Assembly (NCBI GenBank): GCA_964465715.1
Contig: CAYXKQ010000002.1
Coordinates: forward strand, 1 to 27,140
Origin: an uncultured Chloroflexota bacterium
Lineage (GTDB): Bacteria > Chloroflexota > UBA11872 > VXNJ01
DNA length: 27,140 nt
Direction of reading: 5' to 3'
The notes under the pieces were generated by a model. It had not been told where the DNA came from, ran no database searches, and saw only the letters and a list, made by a program, of their open reading frames with translations. Position 1 is the first letter of the stretch. Every line of letters starts with the position of its first letter. Both the position numbers and the translations under genes were made by a program. Below, in pieces: positions 8,200-17,447 of the stretch.

Positions 8200-9282
8200 C
8201 TAGCCCCCGATGTCTTCGGGAGCGATCGCCACCGTCTTTATCACCGCGTAGCAACTGATGCCGGGCTTGAGCCCCAGGGCCTGCTCGGAGCGCCTGGTTA
8301 TGCGGGCCAGCAGTCGGCCCGCACCGGTTTGCACCGAGACGATGGCGCCCGGTCCCCGCCCGGTGTGGACCTCCACCACCCGGCCGGGGAGGACGTTCAG
8401 GGCTGAAATGTCCTCGGGCCGCCGGCGCGAGAGCAACACCTCGTGGGCGGCCACGCGGACCCGGATGCGGGCTCCGGGCGGGTGGGGGACGCGCGGCAGA
8501 AAGAGTCGGGCACCGCCGGCGTCGAGTTCGCTCAGTCCGTCGGCATGATGTTGGCGCACGATCGCCTCGAGCACCGCTCCCGCGGCGCGCGCACCCAGCG
8601 GCGTTACCTGCGGATCACCCAGTACCTGCAACGCCGGACCCTGGCTGACGACCCGGCCATCGCTCAGGGCCACGACGGTGGTCGCCAGGCGGGCGACCTC
8701 GGCGGCGGAGTGGCTCACGTACAGGATCGGGGCTGATACTTCGTCGCGCAGGCGCTCGAAGTAGGGGAGGATCTCGCCCTTGCGGGGTTCGTCTAGGGCG
8801 GCCAACGGCTCGTCGGCCAGGATGATGCTGGGCTCGGCCAGCAACGCCCGCCCGATCGCGACCCTTTGCTTCTCGCCGGCCGACAGCGAGGCGGGACGTC
8901 GCTGCAGCAGGTCGCCGATACCCAGCATCTCCACCACCCGGTCGAGGTTGGAGCCGGCGGCGTGGCGACGGGCGAACCAGCGCCCGTAAAGAAGGTTCTG
9001 CCGGACCGAGAGGTGCGGACACAACCGGCCTTCCTGGAATAGGTCGCCGAGCCGGCGGCGGTGCGGCGGGAGGTTTATCCGGCGGGCGTCGTCGAAGAGG
9101 ATCCTGTCGCCGACCGCCACCCGTCCCTCGCGCGGGCGCAGCAGCCCGGCGACGGCATTGACGATCGAGGTCTTTCCGGAACCGGATCGCCCGAACAGCA
9201 CCGTAACGCCGGGCGGGGCCGTGAAATCAACGTCCAGCCCGAACCGGCCGAACCGGTGGCGCACCCGAACTTCCAGGATCAT
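8200..9282 (-). CDS. modC: Molybdate ABC transporter ATP-binding protein with C-terminal Mop/TOBE domain
   Basis: Walker A GRSGSGKT, Walker B IILADEP, YVSH switch, C-terminal SALNVL...YAVIKTVAI. ATG 9282 overlaps the modB stop (ATGA). Confidence 0.93.
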   Translation of the reverse strand: MILEVRVRHRFGRFGLDVDFTAPPGVTVLFGRSGSGKTSIVNAVAGLLRPREGRVAVGDRILFDDARRINLPPHRRRLGDLFQEGRLCPHLSVRQNLLYGRWFARRHAAGSNLDRVVEMLGIGDLLQRRPASLSAGEKQRVAIGRALLAEPSIILADEPLAALDEPRKGEILPYFERLRDEVSAPILYVSHSAAEVARLATTVVALSDGRVVSQGPALQVLGDPQVTPLGARAAGAVLEAIVRQHHADGLSELDAGGARLFLPRVPHPPGARIRVRVAAHEVLLSRRRPEDISALNVLPGRVVEVHTGRGPGAIVSVQTGAGRLLARITRRSEQALGLKPGISCYAVIKTVAIAPEDIGG

Positions 9283-9971
9283 GACCCCGAAATCCTGCGC
9301 GCCACCTGCCGGGACAGGGTCTCCGACAGCGCCAGCGCCAGCATCGCCACGATGATCGAGATCACGACCAGGCGCAGGGCCGAGGACTCGCCCCCCGGCG
9401 CCTGCAGAAACGCATAAATCGCCGTCGCAAGGGTCGTTGTCTCGCCTGGGATGCTGGCCGCAAACGTTATGGTGGCTCCGAATTCGCCCATTGCCCGGGC
9501 GAACGCCAGGACCGCACCGGTAAGCACCCCGGGAAGAATCAGCGGCAGCGTGATGGTCGCAAATACCCAGGGCCCCGAAGCGCCCAGGGTGGCGCCGGCC
9601 TGCTCCAGTCGCGGATCGACCGATTCGACGGCCAGCCGGATCGCGCGCACCATCAACGGGAAACCCATTACCGCCGCCGCCAGTGCCGCCCCCGTCCAAC
9701 GGAACGCCAGGACCAGGCCCAGGTCCTCAAGCAATCCCCCCACTGGCCCGCGCGACCCAAGCAGCAGCAACAGAAGCAGACCGGTTACCACCGGCGGTAG
9801 CACCAGGGGCAGGTGCACCAGGACGTTGAGCAGCCCCTTGCCGGGAAAGCTCCAGCGGGCCAGCGCGTAGCCGGCCAGGACCCCCGGCGGAACGCTGGCG
9901 AGCGTGGCCAGAACCGAGATCCGCACGGTCAGCGCCAGCGCGTCCAGCTCCGAAGGGCTCAGTCCGAACAT
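9279..9971 (-). CDS. modB: Molybdate ABC transporter permease
   Basis: HLPLVLPPVVTG, FPLMVRAIRL, EAA-like loop LEQAGATLGAS, FARAMGEFGATI. Confidence 0.95.
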   Translation of the reverse strand: MFGLSPSELDALALTVRISVLATLASVPPGVLAGYALARWSFPGKGLLNVLVHLPLVLPPVVTGLLLLLLLGSRGPVGGLLEDLGLVLAFRWTGAALAAAVMGFPLMVRAIRLAVESVDPRLEQAGATLGASGPWVFATITLPLILPGVLTGAVLAFARAMGEFGATITFAASIPGETTTLATAIYAFLQAPGGESSALRLVVISIIVAMLALALSETLSRQVARRISGS

Positions 9972-9980
9972 CTGGTCGAA

Positions 9981-10802
9981 TCAGCCGGCGACGAATTCAA
10001 ATCCGTGACCCGCAAAAGCCGCCCGCGCCTGCGGCCCGCGCAGGAACCGGAGAAACGCGGACCGGTCAGGGTGGGTGCTGGCAGCCACGGCGGCCGCGGG
10101 ATAAAGGATTGGCGGGTGACTCCGGGCCGGGAAGGTGCCGATCACCGTGACATCGTCTTCGGCGAAGGCGTCAGTGCCGTAAACGACCCCCAAGCGCGCC
10201 TGGCCGGTGGCCACCAGGGCCAATGCGCCGCGGACGTTGTCGGTCTGCGCCAGACTCCCGGCGACCGAATCCCAGAGACCCAGCGCCCGGAGCGCTTCCT
10301 TGCCGTAGATTCCGGCCGGGGCGGCGTCTACGAACGCCATCGCGAGCCTTCCCCGGCCCAGCATGCCGGCCAGATTTAGCTCCGGTCCGATCGCGACCGG
10401 TTCGGCGTCGCTTCCGTGGGCGATCAGGACCAGCGAATTTGACAGCAGGTCGAAGCGCGAACCGGGTTCGGTGAGCCCCTCCCGCTCCAGGGCATCCATC
10501 CAACCCGGGTTGGCGGAGATGTAGATGTCGGCGGGAGCCCCGTGTCGGATCTGCTGGGCCAGGGCCGAAGAACCGCCGGGCGCGATTTTGACCCCTCGGC
10601 CGGCGGCACCCGCGTAGCGGCGCGCCACGTCGGCGAGCGCGTCCTGGGCGCTGGCTGCGGTAAACACCGTCAGATCGGAATCCGCCACACAGCCCCCGAG
10701 CACGGAAGGCAGGCCCAGGGCGATTCCGAGCGAGAACCCGAGCATGCGGCGCCGCGGCCAGCTTCCTGCCCGGCCGGTGAATCCCGAATCAGGAGTCTGC
10801 AC
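9981..10802 (-). CDS. modA: Molybdate ABC transporter substrate-binding lipoprotein
   Basis: VFTAAS, GGSSALAQQI..GAPADIYISAN, PAGIYGKEAL, NVRGAL, VYGTDA. N-terminal RRRML plus hydrophobic core plus LGGC lipobox. Exact start is uncertain. Confidence 0.93.
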   Translation of the reverse strand: MQTPDSGFTGRAGSWPRRRMLGFSLGIALGLPSVLGGCVADSDLTVFTAASAQDALADVARRYAGAAGRGVKIAPGGSSALAQQIRHGAPADIYISANPGWMDALEREGLTEPGSRFDLLSNSLVLIAHGSDAEPVAIGPELNLAGMLGRGRLAMAFVDAAPAGIYGKEALRALGLWDSVAGSLAQTDNVRGALALVATGQARLGVVYGTDAFAEDDVTVIGTFPARSHPPILYPAAAVAASTHPDRSAFLRFLRGPQARAAFAGHGFEFVAG

Positions 10803-11096
10803 AAGACTTCGTCGCCGGTGCCCCAGCCGATCGATACGGGCGCGATCGCCCGCGCGCTGCGGCGAACTCTCGTCCAGTTCCGGCCCCTCCGTTTGCTACC
10901 TGCGGCGATTTGGAATTCAGGCGGATCCTCTCCGCCACCAAATTTTCGGAACCCGGCGGCGGGCGAGATTTGCGGGTTGGGCAACAATATCGGGCACGGC
11001 CGGGCAGACTGGCGGTCGTGCCGATCGGCTCGAGTACGGGCGATCACTAGGCGACCGTCCGTTGCAAGATTGTCAAGATCGGCCGAGGGTGGGACG

Positions 11097-13442
11097 ATGG
11101 ACCCGGCGAAGGGGGGCTGGTCGTTGGCAAACCGGCGACGATCCGCGGTTGGCGAAGAATCCGCAGTCCGGCCGCGCCTGCTGGTCACGGTTCACGACGT
11201 GGCGCCGCCCTTTGCCGAGGGCGTGGGCACTCTATTGGCGGAGCTCGACCGGCTGCAGATCGAGCGTCGGGTCCTGAAGGTCATACCCAATCTGGACGGT
11301 TGCTGGCCATTGGCCCAGGACCGGCGGTTGTGCTCGCTGCTGCGGCAAGAGATTGAAGGCGGAAGCGAGATCGTGGCTCACGGTTGGACGCATTCGGTCC
11401 ACGGAACGCTCACGGGCTCGCCGCGGCAACTCTTCTTGGGGGCTCGATTCGCGCCCCGCGCGGCCGAATTCCTGACCCGCTCGGAGCGGTCGGCTCAGGG
11501 CGCCGCCGAGTCCGCGCGCAGGGTCCTGTCGGATGCGCTGGGTGTGGAACCGCGGGGATTCTGCGCCCCGGGGTGGCTGCTGAACGAGGCCGGCCGGGCC
11601 GGAATTGCGGCGGCCGGATTCGAGTACCTGCTGGAGCAGTCGAAATTGTGCGACCTTGCGACCGGAAGGACGGTCCTTACTCCCTGGCAGGGGTACATGG
11701 GAGTCGGCGGACTCCACGAATGGCTGGTGCAACTGGGCAACGGAGCAATCGCGGTCGGGGCCCGTGTCGCCTGGGACGGTCTGGAACAGAGTCCCAACGT
11801 GAAGGTGTTCCTGCATCCACAGAATCTGGCCGGAAGCCGCGCCCTGGACCGGGTGTTGGAACGACTCGATTCGCTCCGCCAGGGCCGCCAGCTGGTCACG
11901 GCCGGCCAGCTCCTGGACCTGACCGATCCAGCCGCCGCCGCGGATATGTCGGACCGCGGCGGTTCACCTTCGATTTCGGTGGTGATTCCGGCCCTAAACG
12001 AGCAGGCCCACGTGGCCCGGGCGCTGGACTCGGTGTACCAGCAGCGTTTCCCGGCGGAGCGGCTGGAAGCGGTGCTGGTTGACAACGATTCCCAGGACCG
12101 CACCCTCGCCGAAGCCGAAAAGGTCGCCAGGGCCTGGTCGGCACGTGGCCCGGGCGCACCACGTCTTCGTCTGGTGAGTGAATCGGGTCGCGGCGCCGCG
12201 CGGGCGAAGAATTCGGGCGCCGCCGCCGCCCGGGGCGACGTGCTCATATTCCTGGACGCCGACTCAACCCTGGGGGCCAACGTCGCCAACGCCGTCGCCT
12301 CTGCCTGGCGAGGCGGAGCGCGCGGCGGCAGCATCAAGGTGCTTGCCGACTCCGAAGATGTTTGGGAGCGCGGTTTCTTCGGAGTGATGGAGTTCGGAAA
12401 GGCGTTGCTGGGCGTCCACTGCCAGATGGGTTACCTGGACCGGACTCTCTTCGAACGCTTGGGAGGATTCAGGCCTGATCTGCGGCTGGCCGAGGATGTG
12501 GACCTGATGCGCCGCGCGGCCCGCCAGCTGCGTTTTGACGGCGGGCGTCTGCAACGGGTCGGGGCCATGCCGCTGGTCGGTGACGTGGCCGCCGACGGGC
12601 TCTGCATCCTCACCTCGCCGCGCCGCCTCCGCGGAATGCCCTGGCGGCTGGGGATGTTCTGGATGCTGCTGCGTTGGTCGCTTGGGTACCTGGGAATCGG
12701 GCGGGGTCGCTACGCGGCCGGTGGGCCGGTTCCGATCGCAACGCCATCCCCGCCCCTGGGCCGCCGGATCGCGATGACGATCCTGAAATTCGTGCTGCAT
12801 ACGGCGGCCCATCGATCTCCCGGCCGGCCGGCCGGCCTGCTTTGGATCTGGTGGTTGTGGGACCGGCTTTATGTCCGCTGGCACGGGCTTTCCCCGGTCA
12901 GCGAGGGAAGCGTCCTCTTATACGGGTTCGAAACCTACCACGCGCCGCGCGGGGTGCAACTGGGCGATGGGACCACCGTGTCCAGGGGCGACCGGATATG
13001 CCGGATTCACATGCGCAACGAGGTGCTGGCCGGGTCCGAGTACTCGATGCTCGGGAAACGCGCCTGGGGGTTCATCCGGGCGATGCGCCATGACCTGGCA
13101 ACCTTGGCCGAACGCGCTGAAGCGGGCGCCTTCAGCGAGCGAGATGCCGGGTTCGTCGCCGTGACCGGCACGACCCTGCTTTTCCGCGGCGCCCGGCGAA
13201 TGGGGTTTTCGGTCTGGCCCAGGCCGCGCTCCTGGCGGGGCGAGATCGAGCGCATTTATCTGCTGGGTCTGCTGGCCCTTTACCGACGCGATTCTGAAGC
13301 CGACCGCGATTTGCTGGCGGCCCATCAATCGTCGTCATCGACCGCGCCCGGGGAAATCCCCGGCTACGAACCGGGCGAAGTCTGGATAGGTCGCAATTCA
13401 CTGCCCGGCACGCGTTCCGGACGGGCGGCCGGGGCCGCCTGA
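11097..13442 (+). CDS. Triple fusion: DUF2334-type polysaccharide deacetylase + GT2 glycosyltransferase + YkoP-like domain
   Basis: Deacetylase motifs VHDVAP, HGWTH, GFCAPGW, FLHP. GT2 motifs VVIPALNE, VDNDSQDRT, FLDADS, GGF..AEDVDL. YkoP-like segment LGDGTTVSRGDRICRIHMRNE...GARRMGF. ATG 11097 with GAGGGTGG upstream is preferred over 10542, which would overlap modA. Confidence 0.82.
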   Translation: MDPAKGGWSLANRRRSAVGEESAVRPRLLVTVHDVAPPFAEGVGTLLAELDRLQIERRVLKVIPNLDGCWPLAQDRRLCSLLRQEIEGGSEIVAHGWTHSVHGTLTGSPRQLFLGARFAPRAAEFLTRSERSAQGAAESARRVLSDALGVEPRGFCAPGWLLNEAGRAGIAAAGFEYLLEQSKLCDLATGRTVLTPWQGYMGVGGLHEWLVQLGNGAIAVGARVAWDGLEQSPNVKVFLHPQNLAGSRALDRVLERLDSLRQGRQLVTAGQLLDLTDPAAAADMSDRGGSPSISVVIPALNEQAHVARALDSVYQQRFPAERLEAVLVDNDSQDRTLAEAEKVARAWSARGPGAPRLRLVSESGRGAARAKNSGAAAARGDVLIFLDADSTLGANVANAVASAWRGGARGGSIKVLADSEDVWERGFFGVMEFGKALLGVHCQMGYLDRTLFERLGGFRPDLRLAEDVDLMRRAARQLRFDGGRLQRVGAMPLVGDVAADGLCILTSPRRLRGMPWRLGMFWMLLRWSLGYLGIGRGRYAAGGPVPIATPSPPLGRRIAMTILKFVLHTAAHRSPGRPAGLLWIWWLWDRLYVRWHGLSPVSEGSVLLYGFETYHAPRGVQLGDGTTVSRGDRICRIHMRNEVLAGSEYSMLGKRAWGFIRAMRHDLATLAERAEAGAFSERDAGFVAVTGTTLLFRGARRMGFSVWPRPRSWRGEIERIYLLGLLALYRRDSEADRDLLAAHQSSSSTAPGEIPGYEPGEVWIGRNSLPGTRSGRAAGAA

Positions 13443-13727
13443 CCTGCCGGATCAACTGGCGGCGTGGGTCGTCCAGAACCGCGACCGGAATTGGCCCAAA
13501 TGGCAATGCGGCGAATCAGATGTCCGCCGCCGACTTGGCGCAGAACCAATCCCCCGCATATGCGGTCTTGCGGACGGATGGTGCTGGATCGGACCCAGCG
13601 GGCGCAACTCAGCTTTCTTGCCGAGTATCGGGCCCAAAGGTGATGATCTGCGACCTTACGGCCGGTCGTGCCCGGCCCGAAAAGCGGCGCGCGGAGATGA
13701 AGTTGCTATGTCGCGCCGGAATCTGAC

Positions 13728-15416
13728 TCACGAGTCGATCAACCCATCCTGGGGCCGGGTCCAGGGCAGTTCATAGAGTGGCGCAAACTGCTGGGCCCGC
13801 GGCATCGGCATGTCCCCGAAGGGCACGTCAATGACCACCGGCGCGTTGTGCTCGAGCGCCGCCGGTAGCAGCGTTTCAAGATCCATGGGGCCGCCCGCCC
13901 GGATCCCTATCGCGCCGAATGACTCTGCGAATCTGACAAAGTCCGGGTTGTGCAGATCGGTGCCGTAGGTTCCGCCGAACGCCAGATCCAGATCGCGGGC
14001 GGCGTTGCCATAGGAGTCGTTCCTGAAGACCACGGTCGTTATGTTGATGCCGTGCTGAATGGCGGTGGCGAGTTCCGACGCGTTGTAGAGGAATCCGCCG
14101 TCGCCGACCATGCAGAGCACCGGCCGCTCGGGTCGGGCGACCTTAGCCCCCAGCGCCGTGGGGAATGAGTAACCGACGTTGAACTGGTAACCGGAGTCGA
14201 TGTACGTTTTCGGGTGGTTGACCCTGTAGTGGGTCCGGGCGTAGTAGGCGAACTGGGTGACATCCCAGACGATGATCGATTCTTCCGGAATGCTGCCCTG
14301 GATGGCCTCCAGGATCGGGTACTGGGGCTCGTGAAGCCTGATGTCGTAGTAGGCGATCAGGTTGCGTGCCGCCCTCACGGCCGCGGCGGGAGACGGGCGA
14401 TTGCCCGCCCCGGCGTCGGCAAGGTGCGGGAGCATCGCTTCGATGGTCGCCCGTGCGTCGCCGTGAAGGGGAATGGTGTTGGCCTGGATTCGCGTCAATT
14501 CCTCCTCGTCGGCGTTGATGTTCACCAACGTGGACGCGTTGCCGGCCGGATTGCCGAGCGAGAAGCGCGCTCCGATTCCGATCACTACGTCGGCGGATTC
14601 CATCACGTCGAAAAGCTGGTTCATCTCCTGTCGCTCGCCCCGGGGGCTGAAGCACGAGCCATAGGAGAGCGGATGGGAGTCGGGGATGGTTCCCTTGCCG
14701 CCACTTGAGGTGATGACCGGAATGTTCGTTGCCTCGGCCAGCTTGACGAGGACACCCTCAGCGTCCGACCTGACCACCCCGCCGCCCGCGTAAATCAATG
14801 GCAGACGCGCATCGGCGATGATGCGGGCCGCCTTACGCAGCAGCTCCGGATTCGGAACGATCGGCGAAGCCGGCGCCGGATCCTGCAACTCCACGTCCTC
14901 CCGCTCCACGCCGGCCTCGGGCGGCATCTCGATGAGCACCGGACGCGGCCGACCGCTGCGCATCTGCCGGAACGCTTCGTTTACGGCGGCGGGGATTTCG
15001 CGGGGCCTCATGGCCGCTCCCCGCCACTTGGTGACCGGGCGGACCGTGTCGGACTGGTCCAGGACCTCGTGCACGGCTCCGGCGTTCTTGCCGATTGCGG
15101 CGCGCGGCACCTGGCCGGCGATGACGAGTACAGGTGAGGAGCGCGCGTAGGCCGTGGCCAGGCCGGCGGCGGCGTTGTAGAGACCCACTCCGGGCACCAC
15201 CAGCGACACGCCCGGCTTCCCGGAGGCGCGCGCGTAACCATCGGCCATGTACGTGGCGGCTTGCTCGTGGCGGGTCGCAATCAGGCGGATACCCGACTCG
15301 TCGCGCAGGCCGGCAACGATCCCGTAGGTCTGGATACCCGGGATGCCGAAGACTACCTCGACACCCTCCCTGGCCAGTGACTTGGCCAGGGCCTCACCGC
15401 CGCTGAGGTTGACCAC
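13728..15416 (-). CDS. Thiamine diphosphate-dependent enzyme (acetolactate synthase/decarboxylase-like superfamily)
   Basis: VFGIPG, RHEQAATYMADGYARASG (catalytic Glu), ThDP motif GDGGFLY...NDSYG. GTG 15416 is preceded by a strong RBS GGAGGTGAGG. Confidence 0.92.
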   Translation of the reverse strand: MVNLSGGEALAKSLAREGVEVVFGIPGIQTYGIVAGLRDESGIRLIATRHEQAATYMADGYARASGKPGVSLVVPGVGLYNAAAGLATAYARSSPVLVIAGQVPRAAIGKNAGAVHEVLDQSDTVRPVTKWRGAAMRPREIPAAVNEAFRQMRSGRPRPVLIEMPPEAGVEREDVELQDPAPASPIVPNPELLRKAARIIADARLPLIYAGGGVVRSDAEGVLVKLAEATNIPVITSSGGKGTIPDSHPLSYGSCFSPRGERQEMNQLFDVMESADVVIGIGARFSLGNPAGNASTLVNINADEEELTRIQANTIPLHGDARATIEAMLPHLADAGAGNRPSPAAAVRAARNLIAYYDIRLHEPQYPILEAIQGSIPEESIIVWDVTQFAYYARTHYRVNHPKTYIDSGYQFNVGYSFPTALGAKVARPERPVLCMVGDGGFLYNASELATAIQHGINITTVVFRNDSYGNAARDLDLAFGGTYGTDLHNPDFVRFAESFGAIGIRAGGPMDLETLLPAALEHNAPVVIDVPFGDMPMPRAQQFAPLYELPWTRPQDGLIDS

Positions 15417-15788
15417 GGTCCTCACCTCCGGGCGATTGAAATCCCTACTCGGCCCCACGGGGTCCAGAAAGTCTCACGAACGCGGCCGATTTCAGCGCGA
15501 CTTTACAAATACCGACTCGGCCCCAACGTCGCAATTCTCCCGCCTCCGCTGAGGAGATCGCGTGTTCGTTCGCCTGAACTCGGCGACGCCGCACGCCCAG
15601 TCGCTGTGCCTTGTGGTCCTATCCCTTGACACAGAATCTCAATCCACAGATGGCGGTTCCTCCGCGCGTGGCGTAGTCGCGCGCCACCGCGGCCGCCCGG
15701 GAAATCCGGCTCGCAGAAGGAATCGCTCTAGTGCTCGCCACCCTGGGGTGTTAGCGATGCAGCCTAACCAAAGCCATGATTTGGACCA

Positions 15789-17447
15789 TCACCCACTGAA
15801 CGCGGCAGCGGACCAGCCGACGACGACGGCGACCGCGATGGCGAAGGCGGCCTGACGCACGATAAGCCCGCCCGTGAACCGCAACCCAAGTTCGCGCCCA
15901 ATCGTAATCGTGGTGACCAGGCAAGGCAGCATCGTGCCGGCCAGAAAAGTTGCCACCAGCAATTGGGTTGCGCTTAGCGAGGCCACGGTACCTTCCTCGG
16001 CCAGCAGCAGGATGCCGTCCTTGCGGATGGCGGCGAGTACGGTCGGCAGGGCCGAGTCCACCGGTAGTGCGAATACGGCCATTGCCGGCGCCAGCAGCCG
16101 ACCGGCTGCATCGAGAACGCCCGACCAATCGAGGAGCGAGGCGACCATTGCGATCGCGAAGAAGGTCGGGATCGCCGTGCCAATGAATGCCCAGACCATC
16201 TCTCGTGCCTCCGCGCCGACGGCTGCGAACGAGGGCCGGGTCAGGAACGTGCGCGGTTCGATGAGGAGTTCATTCAGTGTCGACCGCGCGGCCGGGTCAC
16301 TGGTCAGGCGGGTGTAGACGAGCGTGGCTGAGACAAGCAGCGCCAGGTACGGCACGACGAGACTGCTTCTATCCGCGGCGGCGAAGACTGCCAGGGTCGC
16401 GCCAAGCTGGTAGGAGCAGGCGGACCCGAAGGCGATCGCGCCGACCGTTGTCCGCCGGGTGCAGGCAGAGCATGCATTGGTCGCGACGATCGCCGGGACG
16501 TTGCAGCCGAATCCCATCAGCGTCCGCGTAACGTCGCGTCCGTGCAGGCCCACGTGGCGCAACAAGGGGTGAAGCGTCGTCCCAATGCGATCGGCGAGTC
16601 CGCTGGTCTTGAACACGCCGATCACCAGCGCGTAGACAAGCACCGTGGGGACCGCCCACACGAACAGCAGCGGCCCCATCGTGAGCAGGCCGTAGTTGCC
16701 GGCCAGCACTGCTCCGAGCGGTCCCGGCCAGCCCGCTAGCCGCTCGGCCAGGGGTACCGTGCCAGCCTGGGTAACCGGTTCGAGAATGGCCGCGATCTGG
16801 TTCGCACCGAGCACGGCGAGAAGGGCCGGCAGGACGAGGAGGGCAATGGCTGTCGCCGGACCTGCAACCTTGTGGTCGAGAAGTCCAGGCTGGGGCTCGA
16901 TTCGCCACCCCGCCTTGACCGGCATACGCTCATGGCGGACGGTGCCGGGGGCCGCGACCGCAGCATGCAATTCCTCAATCGCGGCGTCGCCGGGCCGGCG
17001 TGCGTCCAGCGTCACGAATGGCAGTCCGGTCGCCCGCGCCATGCGCGCGACCGCTTCGCGGGCCAGGTCATGATCGGCCACGAGATCCCAGCGCGACACG
17101 GCGATGCTCGCCCGCCTGCCCTGGACTAGCGGCAGCAATAGGTCAAGGTCCTCGTCGAGCTGCGCCGCGGAGGCGACGAGCAGCACCTGGTCCGCGTCGG
17201 CCAGCGCCGCCAATGTGGTCCGTACCGCGTCCGCATCGGAGGCTCGGTGCAGCCCCGGCGTGTCCACGAACACGCGGTCTTCAGGCATGTATTCGCCGCC
17301 GGATCCGGTGGCGCTTTGGGAGTTACCCGGCCGCCCAGTCCGTCCCGTCAGGACCCGGAATAGCGCGGACTTGCCGACGCCTTCGCGCCCCACGAGCAGC
17401 GTGGCGGGGGTCCCTGGGACATCGATGCGGTTCCGTTCAGCAAGCAC
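15789..17447 (-). CDS. FeoB-like protein (short G-domain + Gate-type membrane domain)
   Basis: G1 GREGVGKS, G3 DTPG, G4-like SRWD, gate motif MGFGCNVPA, CSAC, GSACSYQ, late PC motif; multiple TM helices. Confidence 0.88.
   Translation of the reverse strand: MLAERNRIDVPGTPATLLVGREGVGKSALFRVLTGRTGRPGNSQSATGSGGEYMPEDRVFVDTPGLHRASDADAVRTTLAALADADQVLLVASAAQLDEDLDLLLPLVQGRRASIAVSRWDLVADHDLAREAVARMARATGLPFVTLDARRPGDAAIEELHAAVAAPGTVRHERMPVKAGWRIEPQPGLLDHKVAGPATAIALLVLPALLAVLGANQIAAILEPVTQAGTVPLAERLAGWPGPLGAVLAGNYGLLTMGPLLFVWAVPTVLVYALVIGVFKTSGLADRIGTTLHPLLRHVGLHGRDVTRTLMGFGCNVPAIVATNACSACTRRTTVGAIAFGSACSYQLGATLAVFAAADRSSLVVPYLALLVSATLVYTRLTSDPAARSTLNELLIEPRTFLTRPSFAAVGAEAREMVWAFIGTAIPTFFAIAMVASLLDWSGVLDAAGRLLAPAMAVFALPVDSALPTVLAAIRKDGILLLAEEGTVASLSATQLLVATFLAGTMLPCLVTTITIGRELGLRFTGGLIVRQAAFAIAVAVVVGWSAAAFSG

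Noticed and set aside
9283..9699. Apparent N-terminal extension of ModC
   Set aside because: Alternate frame of modB; the ATGA overlap gives the start at 9282.
10542..11096. N-terminal 185 aa of the 966-aa ORF
   Set aside because: Overlaps modA antisense and intergenic DNA, with no domain features.
10803..11096. ModE box or Moco RNA motif upstream of modA
   Set aside because: No TATAT-N7-TATAT-like site or recognisable Moco motif.
13554..13565. 12-bp palindrome CCGCATATGCGG
   Set aside because: Lies between convergent genes, single copy, compatible with chance.
15417..15788. TPP riboswitch or small gene upstream of the ThDP enzyme; TTGACA at 15626
   Set aside because: No CTGAGA/ACCTGA core on the coding strand; the TTGACA lacks a matching -10 and a downstream + strand gene.
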